Assembly: GCF_004010195.1 (NCBI RefSeq) | Contig: NC_057753.1 | Span: 5,963,961-6,027,960, forward strand | Length of the DNA: 64,000 bases | Direction: 5' to 3' | From: Chiloscyllium plagiosum | Taxonomy: Eukaryota | Shown here: positions 1-11,863 of the stretch, one piece after another | Position numbering within the stretch: position 1 is the stretch's first letter | Layout of the letters: every line of letters begins with the position of its first letter | Notes under the pieces: generated by a model | Databases searched by the model: none | Told to the model about the DNA's origin: nothing | What the model saw: only the letters and a program-made list of their open reading frames with translations | Made by a program: the position numbers and the translations under genes

Positions 1-905
1 AGTAAAGTATTCATTCAGTGTCTCCCCAATCTCTTCCGCCTCCACACGCAACTTCCCACTACTATCCTTGACTGGACCTATTCCTACCCTAGTCATTCTT
101 TTATTCCTAACATACCTATAGAAAGCCTTAGGGTTTTCCCTAATCCTACCAACTAAGGGCCTTTCATGTCCCCTCCTTGCTGCTTTTAGCTCTCTCTTCA
201 GGTCCTTCCTGGCTACCCTATAACTCTCAATCGCCCCAATTGAACCTTCACGTCTCATCTTGAGATCGGCCGCCCTCTTCCATTTAACAAGGGATTCCAA
301 TTCCTTATTAAACCACGGCTCCCTCGGACGACCCTTTCCTCCCTGCCTGACAGGTACATAATTATCAAGGACACTCAGTAGTTGCCCCTTGAACAAGTTC
401 CACATATCATTTACACTCTTGCCTTGGAGTCTACTTTTCCAAGCCACACATCCTAGGTCGTGCCTCACAGCATCATAATTTCCCTGCCCCCATCTATAAC
501 TCTTGCCCTGTAGTGCACACTTATCCCTCTCCATCACTCGAGTAAAGGTCACCGAATTGTGGTCACTGTCCCCAAAGTGCTCATTTACCTCTAATTCTAA
601 CACCTGGCCTGGTTCGTTACCCAGAACCAAATCCAGTATGGCCTTACCTCTTGTTGGCCTGTCTACATATTGTGTCGGGAAACTCTCCTGCACACATTGA
701 ACAAACGCTGACCCATCTAACGAACTTGAGCTATAGCTTTCCCAATTAATATCAGGAAAGTTAAAGTCCCCCATAACAACCACCCTATTACTTTCACTCT
801 TCTCTTGAATCATCCTCGCAATCCTTTCTTCTACGTTTCTAGGACTGTTAGGAGGCCTGTAAAAAACTCCTAACAGGGTGAGCTCACCTTTCCTATTCCT
901 AACCT
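1..905 (-). mobile_element. CR1/HER1-type LINE ORF2 fragment (endonuclease and linker), runs off the window
   Basis: Minus strand reads GVFYRPPNS...MGDFNFPDINW (APE endonuclease) and ILDLVLGNEPGQV...EHFGDSDHN. Confidence 0.85.
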
Positions 906-1039
906 AGGTATTCCATATCGATAAAACAAACAAACACAGGATGTATACAATTAAAATTCGAACATAGTATAGTGTTGTAGAACAGAGAGACCTCAGAATT
1001 CCTCTTCTGAAGAACTGTGTCCAATTCTGTTTGCCTTGT

Positions 1040-1315
1040 TTAGATTAGATTCCCTACATAATGGAAAAAGGCCCTTCAGCCCAACAAGTCCACACCGACC
1101 CTCTGAAGAGTAACCCACCCAGACGTGTTTCCCTCTGATTTATGCATCTAACACTATGGGCAATTTTGCATGGCCAATTCACCTGACCTGCACATCTTTG
1201 GACAGTGGGAGGAAACCCACGCAGACACGGGGAAAATGTGCAAACTCCACACAGACAGTCGGTCGATGCTGGAATCGAACCTGGAACCCTGGCGCTGTGA
1301 GGCGGCGATGCTAGC
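1040..1315 (-). mobile_element. HE1/V-SINE-type tRNA-derived SINE
   Basis: tRNA B-box-like ggttcgattcc, tgtgtggagtttgcacatt core, CR1-like tail with aatct repeats on the minus strand. Confidence 0.85.
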
Positions 1316-1339
1316 TGTTACTGGATATTAATAAGCCAG

Positions 1340-1795
1340 ACAGAGTTCAGAAGAATGTTGTCAGGAATGGAGGATTTGAGTTATAAGGAAAGGCTAGATA
1401 GGCCGATATAATTTTCACTGGCGTGTTTCACTGGTTGAGGGATGACCCTGCAGAAGTTCAATAAAGTCCCGAGGGAATAGATATGACGTAAGGCAGATGT
1501 GTTTTTTCCCAAGAATTAGAAATTTCAAATCTAGGGTGCATATTTTTCAGATGGGAGGAGAAAGATAAAAAAAACATAATGGGCAATGTTTCTACAGAGT
1601 GTGAGGAATGAATTTCCTCAGGAAGTGGTAGATGTAGGTGCAGTTACAACGTTTAAAAGACATTTAAGAAATTGTTTGGAGAGTTGTATGCCAAGTGCAG
1701 GCTGGTGGGATAAGTCCGGTTTGTGGTTTTGGTCAGCATTGACGGACTAATTGGACTGAAGAGTCTGTTTCTGTGCTGTACAAATGTATGACTCA
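1340..1795 (+). mobile_element. Old CR1 3' fragment (paralogous copy at ~16435-16880)
   Basis: RT C-terminal relic (SYKERLDR) and a CR1-like 3' tail. Confidence 0.65.
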
Positions 1796-2048
1796 TAGTC
1801 AAAACGGATCCGTTGATCAGTAATGTGATTCCTGACATCCAAATCTTTGCAGCTATCCGTGTGGACACCAGCTGTTCATCGGACACAGGTATTGGGAACA
1901 TTATGCAAGGGCAGGGGTGTGTGGCAACTTAACTAGTGTCTCAGTCATAAATACCAGTGACGCAGGTCACAAACAGAATATTTTTCGGCTCACAGAGATG
2001 ACAGGGATGGTTAAAGGATCGACATCAGTACAAATTAAAACTTACATT

Positions 2049-3065
2049 TGTGACGAAGGTGCTCCTTTAGCAAGGTTAATTTGTGCTTGATTTTTCCCTG
2101 GTTTGGTTTAGTTTGATTTTAGAACAGTAGTGTTGCTGAATCTCAAATATGCAGGCTGATCCTCTTCTCTCTCTGACCTCTCTCCTGTAAGACCCTGGAT
2201 GTGATTTTCCCTTTAGTGCTAATTGGTGTTTATCAGGATTGTTCCAAGTATTTGGAAGAGCATCATTAAGCTGGTAAAGTCTGGTGGGTTTTCGGATAGG
2301 TTAAGTTATTCGGTAATCTGTTCTCTTATGTTTGTATTTCATTCGGTAATCTTGTAAATAGATGCTGTTTTGTTTAATACTAAGTGGTTTGACCAGCTGT
2401 GTTTCTGTTGGAATATCTGTGTTACACCTGCTTAAAACGACTGGCAAAGATAGGGTCTGGGCTGCTTTCTTGAACAGTTTTGAGATGGTCTGGTTTACTT
2501 CATAACAGACTGGTGGCTCTTTGGGGGACTTGTTCTGTAGTTCCAAATTAGGGTAAAAATTATTGGACTCCAAGGCAGCGACTGGTATGTATTTAGTGTC
2601 TTTTGTTCTGGGTGTTGAATTCGATTTGTTTAAACAGTGCTTGGGACAGCAATAGCTCTTTCAGTCACCAAGATTTTTCTGCTGGTGAAAGAAGTGAGTA
2701 TTCGGGTTTTGCACAGGGTAAAAAGGAAACGCTTGAAGGGGAAAGAGAAGTTAAAAAGATCTGGTATTTTCACTGCAATAATGTAGGCCATATGAAATTA
2801 GTGTTGGCTGTTAGGAGAAGCACTGCAAAGCCAGATGTACGAAAACAGGATAAGCCAGTGAATTTTGTTGGAGTATTAACAGAAAACACTCTGCACCAGG
2901 ACGTACAAACTGGCCGGAGGATCGCTAAGGAGGAAGTGAAAGATCTTTTTAAACCACATACTGCGAAGATAAAGTTTATTCCTATAGGGCAGCAGCAAGT
3001 TAGGAGGTTACAATATTAAGAGATTAAGGATCTTCTCAATCTGTGATGTTGGAAGATGAGGAGCA
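2049..3065 (+). mobile_element. Gypsy-like LTR retrotransposon remnant: LTR (2049-2507, TG...CA) plus gag/protease relic
   Basis: tgtgacg...cataaca termini, PBS-like TGG directly after. ORF 2603..3019 has a degenerate zinc knuckle (YFHCNNVGH). Related LTRs at 17318, ~21000 and 10052. Confidence 0.65.
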
Positions 3066-3254
3066 TGAGGAATGACAATCTTGTACTGGGAAAAAAATTG
3101 GATCACCTCTCACAGTTCAGTATAGTCGTCCAGAGGAGGTTGTTTGCAATTGCTCCCCAGTCTCTATCAGTCAATTTCACAAGCAACCACAATGACCAAG
3201 CTATATTTCTTGGAAACTGATCAAAACAGTTTCAGATGAAGTGCCTTTGTAAGT

Positions 3255-3529
3255 GGGCGGCACGGTGACACAGCAGTTAGCACTGCTGCCTCACAGCACT
3301 GGAGACCCGGGTTCAATTCCCGCCTCAGGCGACTGACTGTGTGGAGTTGGCACATTCTCCCCGTAGCTGCGTGGGTTTCCTCCCACAGTCCAAAACCCTG
3401 CAGGTTAGGTGAATTGTCCGTAGTGTTAGGTGAAGGGATAAATGTAGAGGAATGGGTCTGGGTGGGTTGCACTTCGGTGGGTCGGTGTGGACTTTTTGGG
3501 CCTGTTTCCAAGCTGTAAGTAATCTAATC
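3255..3529 (+). mobile_element. HE1-type SINE
   Basis: gggcggcacggtg..cagttagcactgctgcctcacagc..ggttcaattccc head, central core, aatctaatc tail. Confidence 0.88.
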
Positions 3530-3861
3530 ATAATGCAACTCTTATATATGTTGAAGTCGCCGATTTTTACTTTTCTTAGGAGCTGCTGTAATGGGTTCTT
3601 TATTTCGGCTTTGATGTTTGTTATGATGTCTGATAATTGCAGTGACAGATGTCTGCCCAAAGATGGCCTGACAATGGTGATAAGCGTGTTACACAACATT
3701 TACATCTATGCAATTACCTCCTTTAAATAGATCTGTTCACCATTTATCCAGCTATGTATCTGCCCAACTATCTTTCTATCTACCTACCGAGCTTTCAATC
3801 TATTTGTACAACGTTTGTGCTTATTTGAAAAAAAAAAGGTAGAATGATTTCTGTTCCTGAA

Positions 3862-4106
3862 AGACTTCACACAGAGTGTGGTGGGCGTTTGGAACGCGTT
3901 GCCAGCAGAGGTGGTAGAGGCAGGCACGGTAGATTCATTTAAGATGCTTCTGGACAGATGCATGAGTAGGTGGGGAGCAGAGGGATACATATGCTTAGGA
4001 ATTGATCGACAGGTTTAGACAATACATTTGGATCGGCTCAGGCTTGGAGGGCCGAAGGGCCTGTTCCTGAGCTGTAAATTTTCTTTGTTCTCTTCTTTGT
4101 TCTTTG
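3862..4106 (+). mobile_element. 5'-truncated CR1 3' end
   Basis: FTQSVVGVWNALP... plus gggccgaagggcctgttcc tail. Empty site visible in the paralogous region at ~27490 (gactt duplicated). Confidence 0.85.
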
Positions 4107-5021
4107 ACTTTCAACTTGAAGCAGCACTTCTCTTTCTTTCACTGTTGTTCCTGGACCTGTTAAATGTTCCCAGCAAGTGCAATTCTGCCACAACACTTCG
4201 CTCAGGTATAGTCTCAGTGACAGTGCCAGAGCATCGACTGACATCATTGAAAATGCTACACTTGTCTTTTCCCTAGCAAAATATAGGTGGGAGACCATCA
4301 ATGGTGGCTTAAGTCGAAGGTTGTCACAGCTCAAGGGAGGGAAAGAGTAAGATGGAATGTCCTTTATAGCCAATTCAGCTGGTGCAGGAATTGGACTTGG
4401 GTTGTTGACGTGACTTGCATGAACCAGCTGTCTAGTAATCGGAGCTATCTGACTGTAGTTTGCTTTTGTCTTATTGAGGAATACAAATAATTGAGCAAAA
4501 TCTATCAATAAATTTCAGACTACCCCTGTTCAGATATGTGTAATCAATTGCATGTTTTTGCATCTTGCAGACCCCTTCTCTCTGCATGTTTCTGGCAATT
4601 TTTTGAATAATACATTATCAAGAAATTCAATAAATGCAATTATAATCGTCCAATATGGACAAATTGTTGCAATAGTTAATTTACAGCAAAGTGGGAAAAT
4701 AAATAAGTTGATTAAACAGTTAGGATAAAATTCATCACCCAATATGGCACGTGCAGAAATTATCTTTTTTATTACAATTAGCATAAATTATCAGTTGAAC
4801 AATGTGCTTTGTGCAGAACCTTCTTGTCTCACTTGAAATGATGCGTCAAGCATATTGAAAATTTTGAAGTCAATATCAATGACTATTAAGTAAGTTAATT
4901 TGATCAACAGCAAAGTTAAAAAAGAGAGTTAAGTCTTTTTTTATACAGTAATTGTGTCCAACAGGAACGGTGACCTAATGGAATCTGTTTGTTCAATGAC
5001 TATAACTACTTGTGAAACCAC

Positions 5022-5082
5022 CTAATTATGGCCCTGGTGTGTTAACTTCAAAGATAATTGTGGATTAAAAGAAGACTATAAA
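5022..5082 (+). promoter_or_regulatory. Putative core promoter of gene A1 (CTAATT-N4-CCCT..GTTAAC module plus TATAAA at 5077)
   Basis: TATAAA 55 nt before the ATG; same 55-nt distance in A2. Upstream module shared by all three intact genes. Confidence 0.55.
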
Positions 5083-5131
5083 TAGATTGCATGCAGAATC
5101 AGGAACAGACATCACTATCTCTGGCAGAGCA

Positions 5132-5201
5132 ATGCATGTACCACCAAGAGGTCTCGAATATGCTATTTTTTACACATTGCTTGCAGCTATTGCGGTCCCA
5201 G
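5132..5201 (+). CDS. GPR139/GPR142-like class A GPCR gene A1, coding exon 1 (MHVPPRGLEYAIFYTLLAAIAVP + 1 nt)
   Basis: ATG at 5132; 70-nt exon ending CCA G|GTAAAG (donor 5202). Encodes the start of hydrophobic TM1. Near-identical exon at 28325 and an equivalent one at 49786. Splices in frame (phase 1) to the acceptor at 6336. Confidence 0.88.
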
Positions 5202-6336
5202 GTAAAGTACTTTGGCTCACACAACAGGTAAAGTACTGTGGACTAGATTACAGAGATTTTGAAGTTGTGCTATACTTGTATAATTTATTAGTTAGACTCC
5301 ATCTGTGAGATTTCCTTTAGTTGTGGACGCCTTGCATTGGAAAGATAATCTGTCAAGATGTTCAAAATAGTTGAATGAATGTCATAGCATGACATATAGA
5401 TTTCCTCTGATATAGGGATGCAAGTGCGCATTAGTTGTAAATTGTCTTTTTTAAAAATCTTGAATGCACGTGTTACTGGCGAGAGTACCATTTGTTACTC
5501 TTTCCTAATGGCCTTGGAGTAGGTATTGCTGAGCTGCTACATTGAACTACTGGAATCTCTGCGGTTTTGATACATCCAAAGTGACGGCCATGAATATCTT
5601 CTCGAACCATAACCACACATTCGTGTAGTTTAATGTTAGGATTTTCTGTGGTTATAGAAGGACCTTGCAGTTATTGGTTTCACATTCACCTATTGCATTT
5701 CCTCTTCTCGTTGACTGTTTTATAGAACAGGCTGAGGAGACTTAGTGAGTTGTTGCAATGGACATTGTAGAGGGTAAACATTTCTACTATTGTGCATGCG
5801 TGGTAGTAAAACTGAAGATTGCAGGTGTTACCTTGCATGGTAATCAATCTGTCTATTATGACCACTCATAAATGCATTTATGAACGCCAGGATCACTCAG
5901 TTTTATGTCGAGATCTGTCAGTGCAACTGATTTCGAATATATTGAGATTTTGTCCATTGTTTCATGTTAATACAGGTTCTAATTCTTTTCTTTCGCAGTG
6001 TGGGGAATAATCAGCGATTTACTGAATTGAACATATCTTGACTAATTGATTCAAATCATTTGAAATGTCCATGTAATAATGTATTTTCTTGTCTGCATGA
6101 GTTTTAACATGGTTTTCATTAAACTGTCTTATTTAGTCTGTTTCAGCTTCACCGTAGTTATGATGTTTCTAATGGTACTATTGTAACATCTGATATAGTA
6201 ATGTAAGAATTTGATTATTTTTAGTCCCCAGTGAATGAAGCTATTTATGATGCGTTGAAACGTTATATAATGCAGATCACAAATAATACTCAATCTTGAA
6301 ATCTCTTCTTAGCTGTTTGTCTCTTTAATATTACAG

Positions 6337-7241
6337 TAAATGTTGTCGCAATTGTGATCCTCTCCCAAGGAAGATGTGGTCTCTCTAAATGTATCACGCA
6401 GTACCTGGTATCTATGGCAATTACAGATCTTCTGGTTATTATCACTGCTGTGTTATTAAATCGTATTCCGGGTATTTATTTTCCAGGCAGTTTTCTGTCC
6501 ATTACTCCCGTGTGCAGTATGAGTACCACATTGATTTATGCCTCCAGAGACTGTTCTGTGTGGCTAACAGTCACTTTCAGTTTCGACCGGTTCATAGCAA
6601 TTTGTTATCAAAAGCTGAAAATAAAATATTACGCAGAAAAGATGGCAATTTTTGTGATAGTAATGGTCTGTGTCCTGAGTTGTGTAAAAAATATCCCTTG
6701 GTATTTTATTCATGAACCTATCTACACAATTGGAATTGTCCCCTGGTATTGTAGAATAAAAGATGTACGTTATACTTCAGTTGCATGGAAAATATTTGAT
6801 TGGGCTGACCGTATTTTAACTCCATGTCTCCCATTTCTTCTGATTCTTCTATTCAATGCTGTCACTGTCAGGCATATTCTTGCAGTCAACAGAGCCCGAA
6901 AAAGGCTCATGATCCACAAAAATGAATGTAACCAAAATGATCCTGAGATTGAGAGCAGGAGAAAGTCCATCGTTTTACTCTTTGCCATCTCTGGCAGTTT
7001 CATCCTATTGTGGCTGACGTACATTATACGCTTTATATACGACCGATTGACAACTGACAATAAAATCAATGGTTTCACTGACCCCAAGTTCATTTTTCGT
7101 GAATGTGCAAATATGCTTCAGCTTTTGAGCTGTTGTACAAACACTTTTATTTATGCTGTGACTCAGAGTAAATTCAGGGAGCAGTTAATTAACAAGTTAC
7201 AAAGTCCACTGACTCTAATGCGTAACTTGCTGAAACAATGA
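6337..7241 (+). CDS. GPR139/GPR142-like class A GPCR gene A1, coding exon 2 (spliced product 324 aa)
   Basis: Pyrimidine tract + TTACAG acceptor (6331-6336). Open frame (ORF 6354..7241) with class A hallmarks: N1.50 (PVN), MAITD (D2.50), TPVC (C3.25), SVWLTVTFSFDRF, ECL2 PWYC, LTPCLP (TM5), FILLW (TM6), ANMLQLL..NTFIY (TM7), SKFR (helix 8). Motifs resemble GPR139 (P-ANI..IILS, YL..A..D, SIWITV..T.DRY, ANMLALL). Confidence 0.92.
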
Positions 7242-8004
7242 AACATAAAAACTCACTGAATTTCCCTTGTCAACCTTAAATATTCGAAAACGACGATTAG
7301 TTTTGTTTGTTGTATTTTCGTTTGATAGTTATGCATTAATTGAGCATGCAAACATAGACTGTGATCGTACAACACAATTTTTGAAATAATCCTGTACCGA
7401 AAAGGAAACAAAAAAATGAATGCTCACTCCGCATGATCTGCCTCCACCAGAGAAAGAAATGTTTCCATTTCCTGGCAGATGACGTTCTGTGGCAATGACG
7501 TAGCCATTACATTTCCCAACAAATAATAACTCCAAAAGCAATGGCATGCGTTTTACTGACAATTAAGCATCGGATTTTCATGATCTTACCAAAAGATTTG
7601 CAAGGGTTCAGAAGAGTTGCTCTTCTACAATCTAGGATTCTTCGAAGATCGTGATTGTAAAGTCCATCAACCTGTTTCATTCTGTCACAATTGAAGAGGT
7701 GTGTGTATGTTATGTGCGTATATGTATGAGCAACTGTTGTTCCTTGAATCTGGAATAAAGAAGATAAGTCCGTCTTTACTAGAAGCTATTTAATGTGCAT
7801 AGCTTGTGAAATAGACATTTGCAAGGAACTAGACAGAATGAAATAAAGTCATAAACATGTCTGAATATATTAACAGTAAAACACTGTTCATGCTTAGAAT
7901 TACTTTCCTCATATACATGACATATTTGACATTCCAAAGGTTTCCAATTATCCAGAGAATTAAACATTCCTGGCATCTTTCATGAAATTACTCTTGCTTT
8001 ATGG

Positions 8005-8356
8005 AATCATAAAATTCATATAGTGTTCAAGCAGGCTATTCGGTCCATCAAGTCCACACGCACCTCAAAAGAGAATTCCATCCAGACCGACTACACTATC
8101 CCCGGAACCCTGCAGCACTCTTGGCTAATTCAACTATCCTCCACATCCCTGGACACTATGGGCAATTTAGCATACCCACTTCACGTAATGTGTACATCTT
8201 CAGATTGTGAGAGTAAGCCAGAACACTAAGAGAAAACCCATGCAGACAGGAGAATGTTCAAACTCCAGACAGAGAGTCACATGGCAGAGGAATGAAAACT
8301 GAGTCGCTGTTGCTGTGAGGCAGCAAAACTAAAAAAATGCGTTATCACCATGCCCC
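8005..8356 (-). mobile_element. HE1-like SINE (diverged)
   Basis: Same head, core and tail as 1040-1315. Confidence 0.7.
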
Positions 8357-9200
8357 TGTGGCTGCACATGTCAAACAATAATGCATGGTCTAATCACCAA
8401 CTGTTACCCTTTCTCGTGTTAAATTATCATTTCATAATCGTGGTTCACCAGCTTTGATATTTTTGCATATGGTTATTAATCTTTGATATATTTGACAAGT
8501 TCAGGATGTCCTGTCAGACGGAAATAGAGGATATTAAGGATGTTATGTACAATTACCACCAGGAAACCAAACAGGAAAACTCAATGATTAATCAAAGTCC
8601 CCAATTTCCGAGTTAGTAGAATGCTTAATCTATTGAGCGTTATTGAGTGGTTTAGGGAGAACTTTAAAAGGTGGCATTTCATAGGTTAAGGAGAAAAAAC
8701 TGGAAATCAGTTCAAAGACCATGGCAAAATAATAAATCTTAGCAACTTTTATAGCGTAAGATCGATTATATATAATTCCGTTACAGAGAAGTGAGATGAC
8801 CTTTAACAGTGTAAGTAAAGGGTGTTTGAACAACACGACTTACATTGCGACACAGTGTGACACAATATCACGTACTCTCAGTCAATCAGAGCCTCTTTAA
8901 TATTGACAAAAACAGATGCCATTGAGGAAATTAAGCAATGTGACATGGAGACCTCAGGATGTAAATAATAAAAAATTGGGAATAAACACCGCAGCGATAG
9001 TGAAAAATCCAAGTTGCCAATTTCCTTTTGTAATTCATATACATATGATGGATTTGTCCTGGAAAATGTGTCTGCAATTCTAAGTAGAGAAAGGCAGTTC
9101 GGCTGCAGTAATCACTTCACATTGGTCTTCATGGTAGTGGAAGAGGAGCAACTAACAATGAGATGAGGAAAAAAAACGACCTGGAACACGTCTGGCGAAT

Positions 9201-9301
9201 ACGTGCAAACTCCACACAGTCAGTCGCCTGAGGCGGGAATTGAACCCGGATCTCTGGCGCTGTGAGGCAGCAGTGCTAACCACTGTGCCACCGTGCCGCC
9301 C
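9201..9301 (-). mobile_element. SINE 5' head only, flanked by a ~90-bp direct duplication
   Basis: Reverse complement of 3255-3355; flanks 9110-9200 and 9304-9392 are direct repeats. Confidence 0.85.
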
Positions 9302-9607
9302 ACAATCACTTCGCATTGGTTTCATGGTAGTGGAAGACGAGCAACTAACAATGAGATGAGGAAAAAAATGACCTGGAACACGTCTGGCGAATCTCCTTCT
9401 TTCTTCTTCAATTGTAAAAGAAATGACATGAGCACGATAGAGATGACAGATTGCCAAAGATCGAACGAGGTGATGTGAAAGAAGACTAGTTGAAATGTAC
9501 CCGGAACCATCCCCGTTCTCTACCGCCCTCCTCCGCCAGGCCAAACCGCTCTCATTTTGGACAACTTCTTCATTAATGCCTCTCACTATTACCCGATCAA
9601 AGATATG

Positions 9608-10050
9608 AACATGGAATACCCATGGCTCAAAGTAATAAGTGTCTCTTTGTATGATACTTGTCATATTCCAGTCCTATTCTAGTCCCTCCCCTTCATAACT
9701 CTTGCTTAGGTACATTAATGACTTTGTTGGTGTTACTTCTCTGTCTTGCCCACAGTTGGAAAAAGAGTTAACAATCTTGCTTCCAAATTTCACCTGCTCT
9801 CACCTTCAACAATCCATCACTGATTCCTCCCTCCCCTTCCTCGCCATCTCTATTTCCATTTCTGGTGATAGGGTGGTCACCTATAGGCAAGACAAAACTA
9901 CTTATTCCCACAGTTAACTTAAGTGTACACCCTCACACACTGCTTCCTGCAACGTCTCCTTTCCATTTTCCGGTTTCTCCAGCTCCATCGCACCTGTTCA
10001 ATGATGCCAGCTTCTACATGAGGCATTCTGAACGTTCAAAAAACTTTATC
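9608..10050 (+). mobile_element. Penelope-like RT fragment (decayed)
   Basis: LRYIND (YIDD-like), SITDSSLPFL.ISISISGDR, ..TYSHS, then SC...PFS-like sequence. Appears to resume after the LTR at ~11081 (RGF-like). Confidence 0.7.
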
Positions 10051-10051
10051 T

Positions 10052-11080
10052 TGTTATGGATCAGACCATACTCCACCACCTCCCTCACACCAGAAAAGAA
10101 AAATAAAATAAAGTAAAGAGGCAACCTAGACATAAGCCTTTATATTCATTTAAAGGCAAGTTTAAGGCGCCGTAATTAATAGACAATAGACAATAGGTGC
10201 AGGAGTAGGCCATTCCGTCCTTCGAGCCTGCACCACCATTCAGTATGATCATGGGTGATCATCCTCAATCAGTATCCTGTTCCTGCCTTATCTCCATAAC
10301 CCTTGAATCCACTATATTTGAGAGGTCTATCCAACTCTTTCTTAAACTAATCCAGAGACTTGGCCTCCACAGCCCTCTGGGGCAGAGCATTCCACACACC
10401 CACCACTCTCTTGAAGAAGTTTCTCCTCATCTCTGTCCTAAATGGCCTACCCCTTATTTTTAAGCGGTGTCCTCTGGTTCGGGGCTCACCCATCAGTGGA
10501 AAGATGTTTCCTGCCTCCAGAGAGTCCATGTTCATGATTTCGATACAACCGCTAGATACAGGCAAAACACACTTTATTTTTTCCATCACAGTTAAAATAT
10601 AACTTGATTGAAATACTTACCAATATGATATATAATTTAACCACCAATCATTAACTATTCTAATGTAAGCACTGCTCCCTAAACACATCCTTGGCATGGC
10701 AATTTAGACAATCATTTTTTTTTGTTTCCAGTGCTGACTTTCTCCAGGGCAGCCGGAAAATAATACTGAGAAAAGGAAGTCTACTTTTATTTCAAAGAGG
10801 AAAATCTTTCTAACTCTTCACGAGCAGAAGGAAGAGAGAGCTCTGCCTATTTGCTCCAGCAGTTACCAACTCAAAATCAAACTGAAAGCAAAACCAAAAG
10901 AACCCTTGTTTTTGCCTGACTCCACCCACTCATGCTTCTATTGTCGGATTTTTTTCTCTAAGAAAAGCAACATTATTTACTCTGCTTTCCTAAAATACGC
11001 ACCCGTCCACCAAGGTGGCAATACGCTTCTGCAAAAGACACAGGACAGATCATGTCTCTTTAAGGCATAGTCGCATCACA
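10052..11080 (-). mobile_element. Solo LTR (Gypsy-like), interrupted by a CR1 3' fragment (~10178-10530)
   Basis: Minus strand begins tgtgatgcgac and ends ggtctgatccataaca, matching the ends of the LTRs at 2507 and 21554. Confidence 0.55.
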
Positions 11081-11174
11081 TCCTCACACAAGGGTTCGCC
11101 ACCAAATGTTTAACAGGGGCATTAACTATATCGATCCACCTCTGGCACTTCTTCCCACAAACCTGATCTTCTCG

Positions 11175-11298
11175 CTGACTATGCGTAGCAGCTGGTTTTG
11201 GACTCGGGTAGACAAAGATAAAAATTGCACGACATCAGTTCGGAATCCAACAGGTTTATGTGGAAATGCTAGCTTTCGGAGCACTGCTCCTTCATCAG
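11175..11298 (-). mobile_element. pLTR-derived short repeat with hammerhead core (same family as 26016-26224)
   Basis: Minus strand CTGATGA-AGGAGC AGT GCTCC-GAAAGCTA followed by ataaacctgttgga. Interrupted at ~11300 by a CR1 3' tail. Confidence 0.65.
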
Positions 11299-11863
11299 TT
11301 AAAAGAACAAAGAAAATTACAGCACAGGAACACGCCTTTCGGCCCTCCGAGGCTGCACTGATCCAGATCCTCCATCGAAACCTGTTTCCCATTTTCTAAA
11401 GATCCGTATCCCTCTGCTCTCTGTAGACGAGGAGCGAGAATGACAAATTTGCATTTACATTGATGATTTTGCTTCTCAACGGGTAATTTGTGCTTTATTT
11501 GTAATCTGTTGCATTTTTAACCAACTTCATAGTCGTAAAGATATGCCACTGCCTTCATGCGTTTTCACCATTACTGTTTTGTAAGCTACTTCAAAAATTC
11601 ATTGTTCTCTTTCTTTTTGTTGCACGTTCCTGCATTTTATTCAAACGTCCTGCATTATATGTAACGTAGACAAATATTCCAAGTACAGAAATACTTGCGT
11701 GTGACAATGTAATGCAACTCAGGATTACTTTCGAAAGTGTAAACTTCACTTAAAGTGCAAATTTGATGAGTTTGCTTGGACTTTAATAAGGCAGTGTTCT
11801 GCCTAATATTGCTCACATTGAAATTAGTCCAACCTTCTCTCAGATTGCCTCTCTTTCTTACAG

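Noticed and set aside
3255..3330. tRNA-like sequences (also 9230-9301, 45120-45195, 50800-50865)
   Set aside because: A/B-box heads of SINEs continuing into the SINE core; not complete tRNA genes.
5087..5308. ORF-track peptides 5087..5308 and 28256..28522 as stand-alone small genes or N-terminal extensions
   Set aside because: They are exon 1 read through into the intron. The upstream starts (TTG 5087, ATG 28256/28286) are not conserved between paralogs and lie upstream of or immediately after the TATA box.
6770..7093. Antisense ORF conserved opposite A1 and A2 (also 35603..35857), and overlapping ORF 6389..6715
   Set aside because: Shadows of the conserved GPCR reading frame; no independent start, splice or domain evidence.
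6337..7241. Assigning the symbol GPR139, or calling these OR/TAAR/V1R genes
   Set aside because: Motifs fit the GPR139/142 family, but the proteins are divergent multi-copy paralogs lacking OR (MAYDRYVAIC, KAFSTC) and TAAR signatures. Orthology cannot be established without a tree.
7754..7759. AATAAA as the polyadenylation signal of A1 (similar hexamers after A2 and B2)
   Set aside because: Common by chance in AT-rich DNA and not conserved at the aligned A2 position (ggaatgaag); needs 3'-end data.
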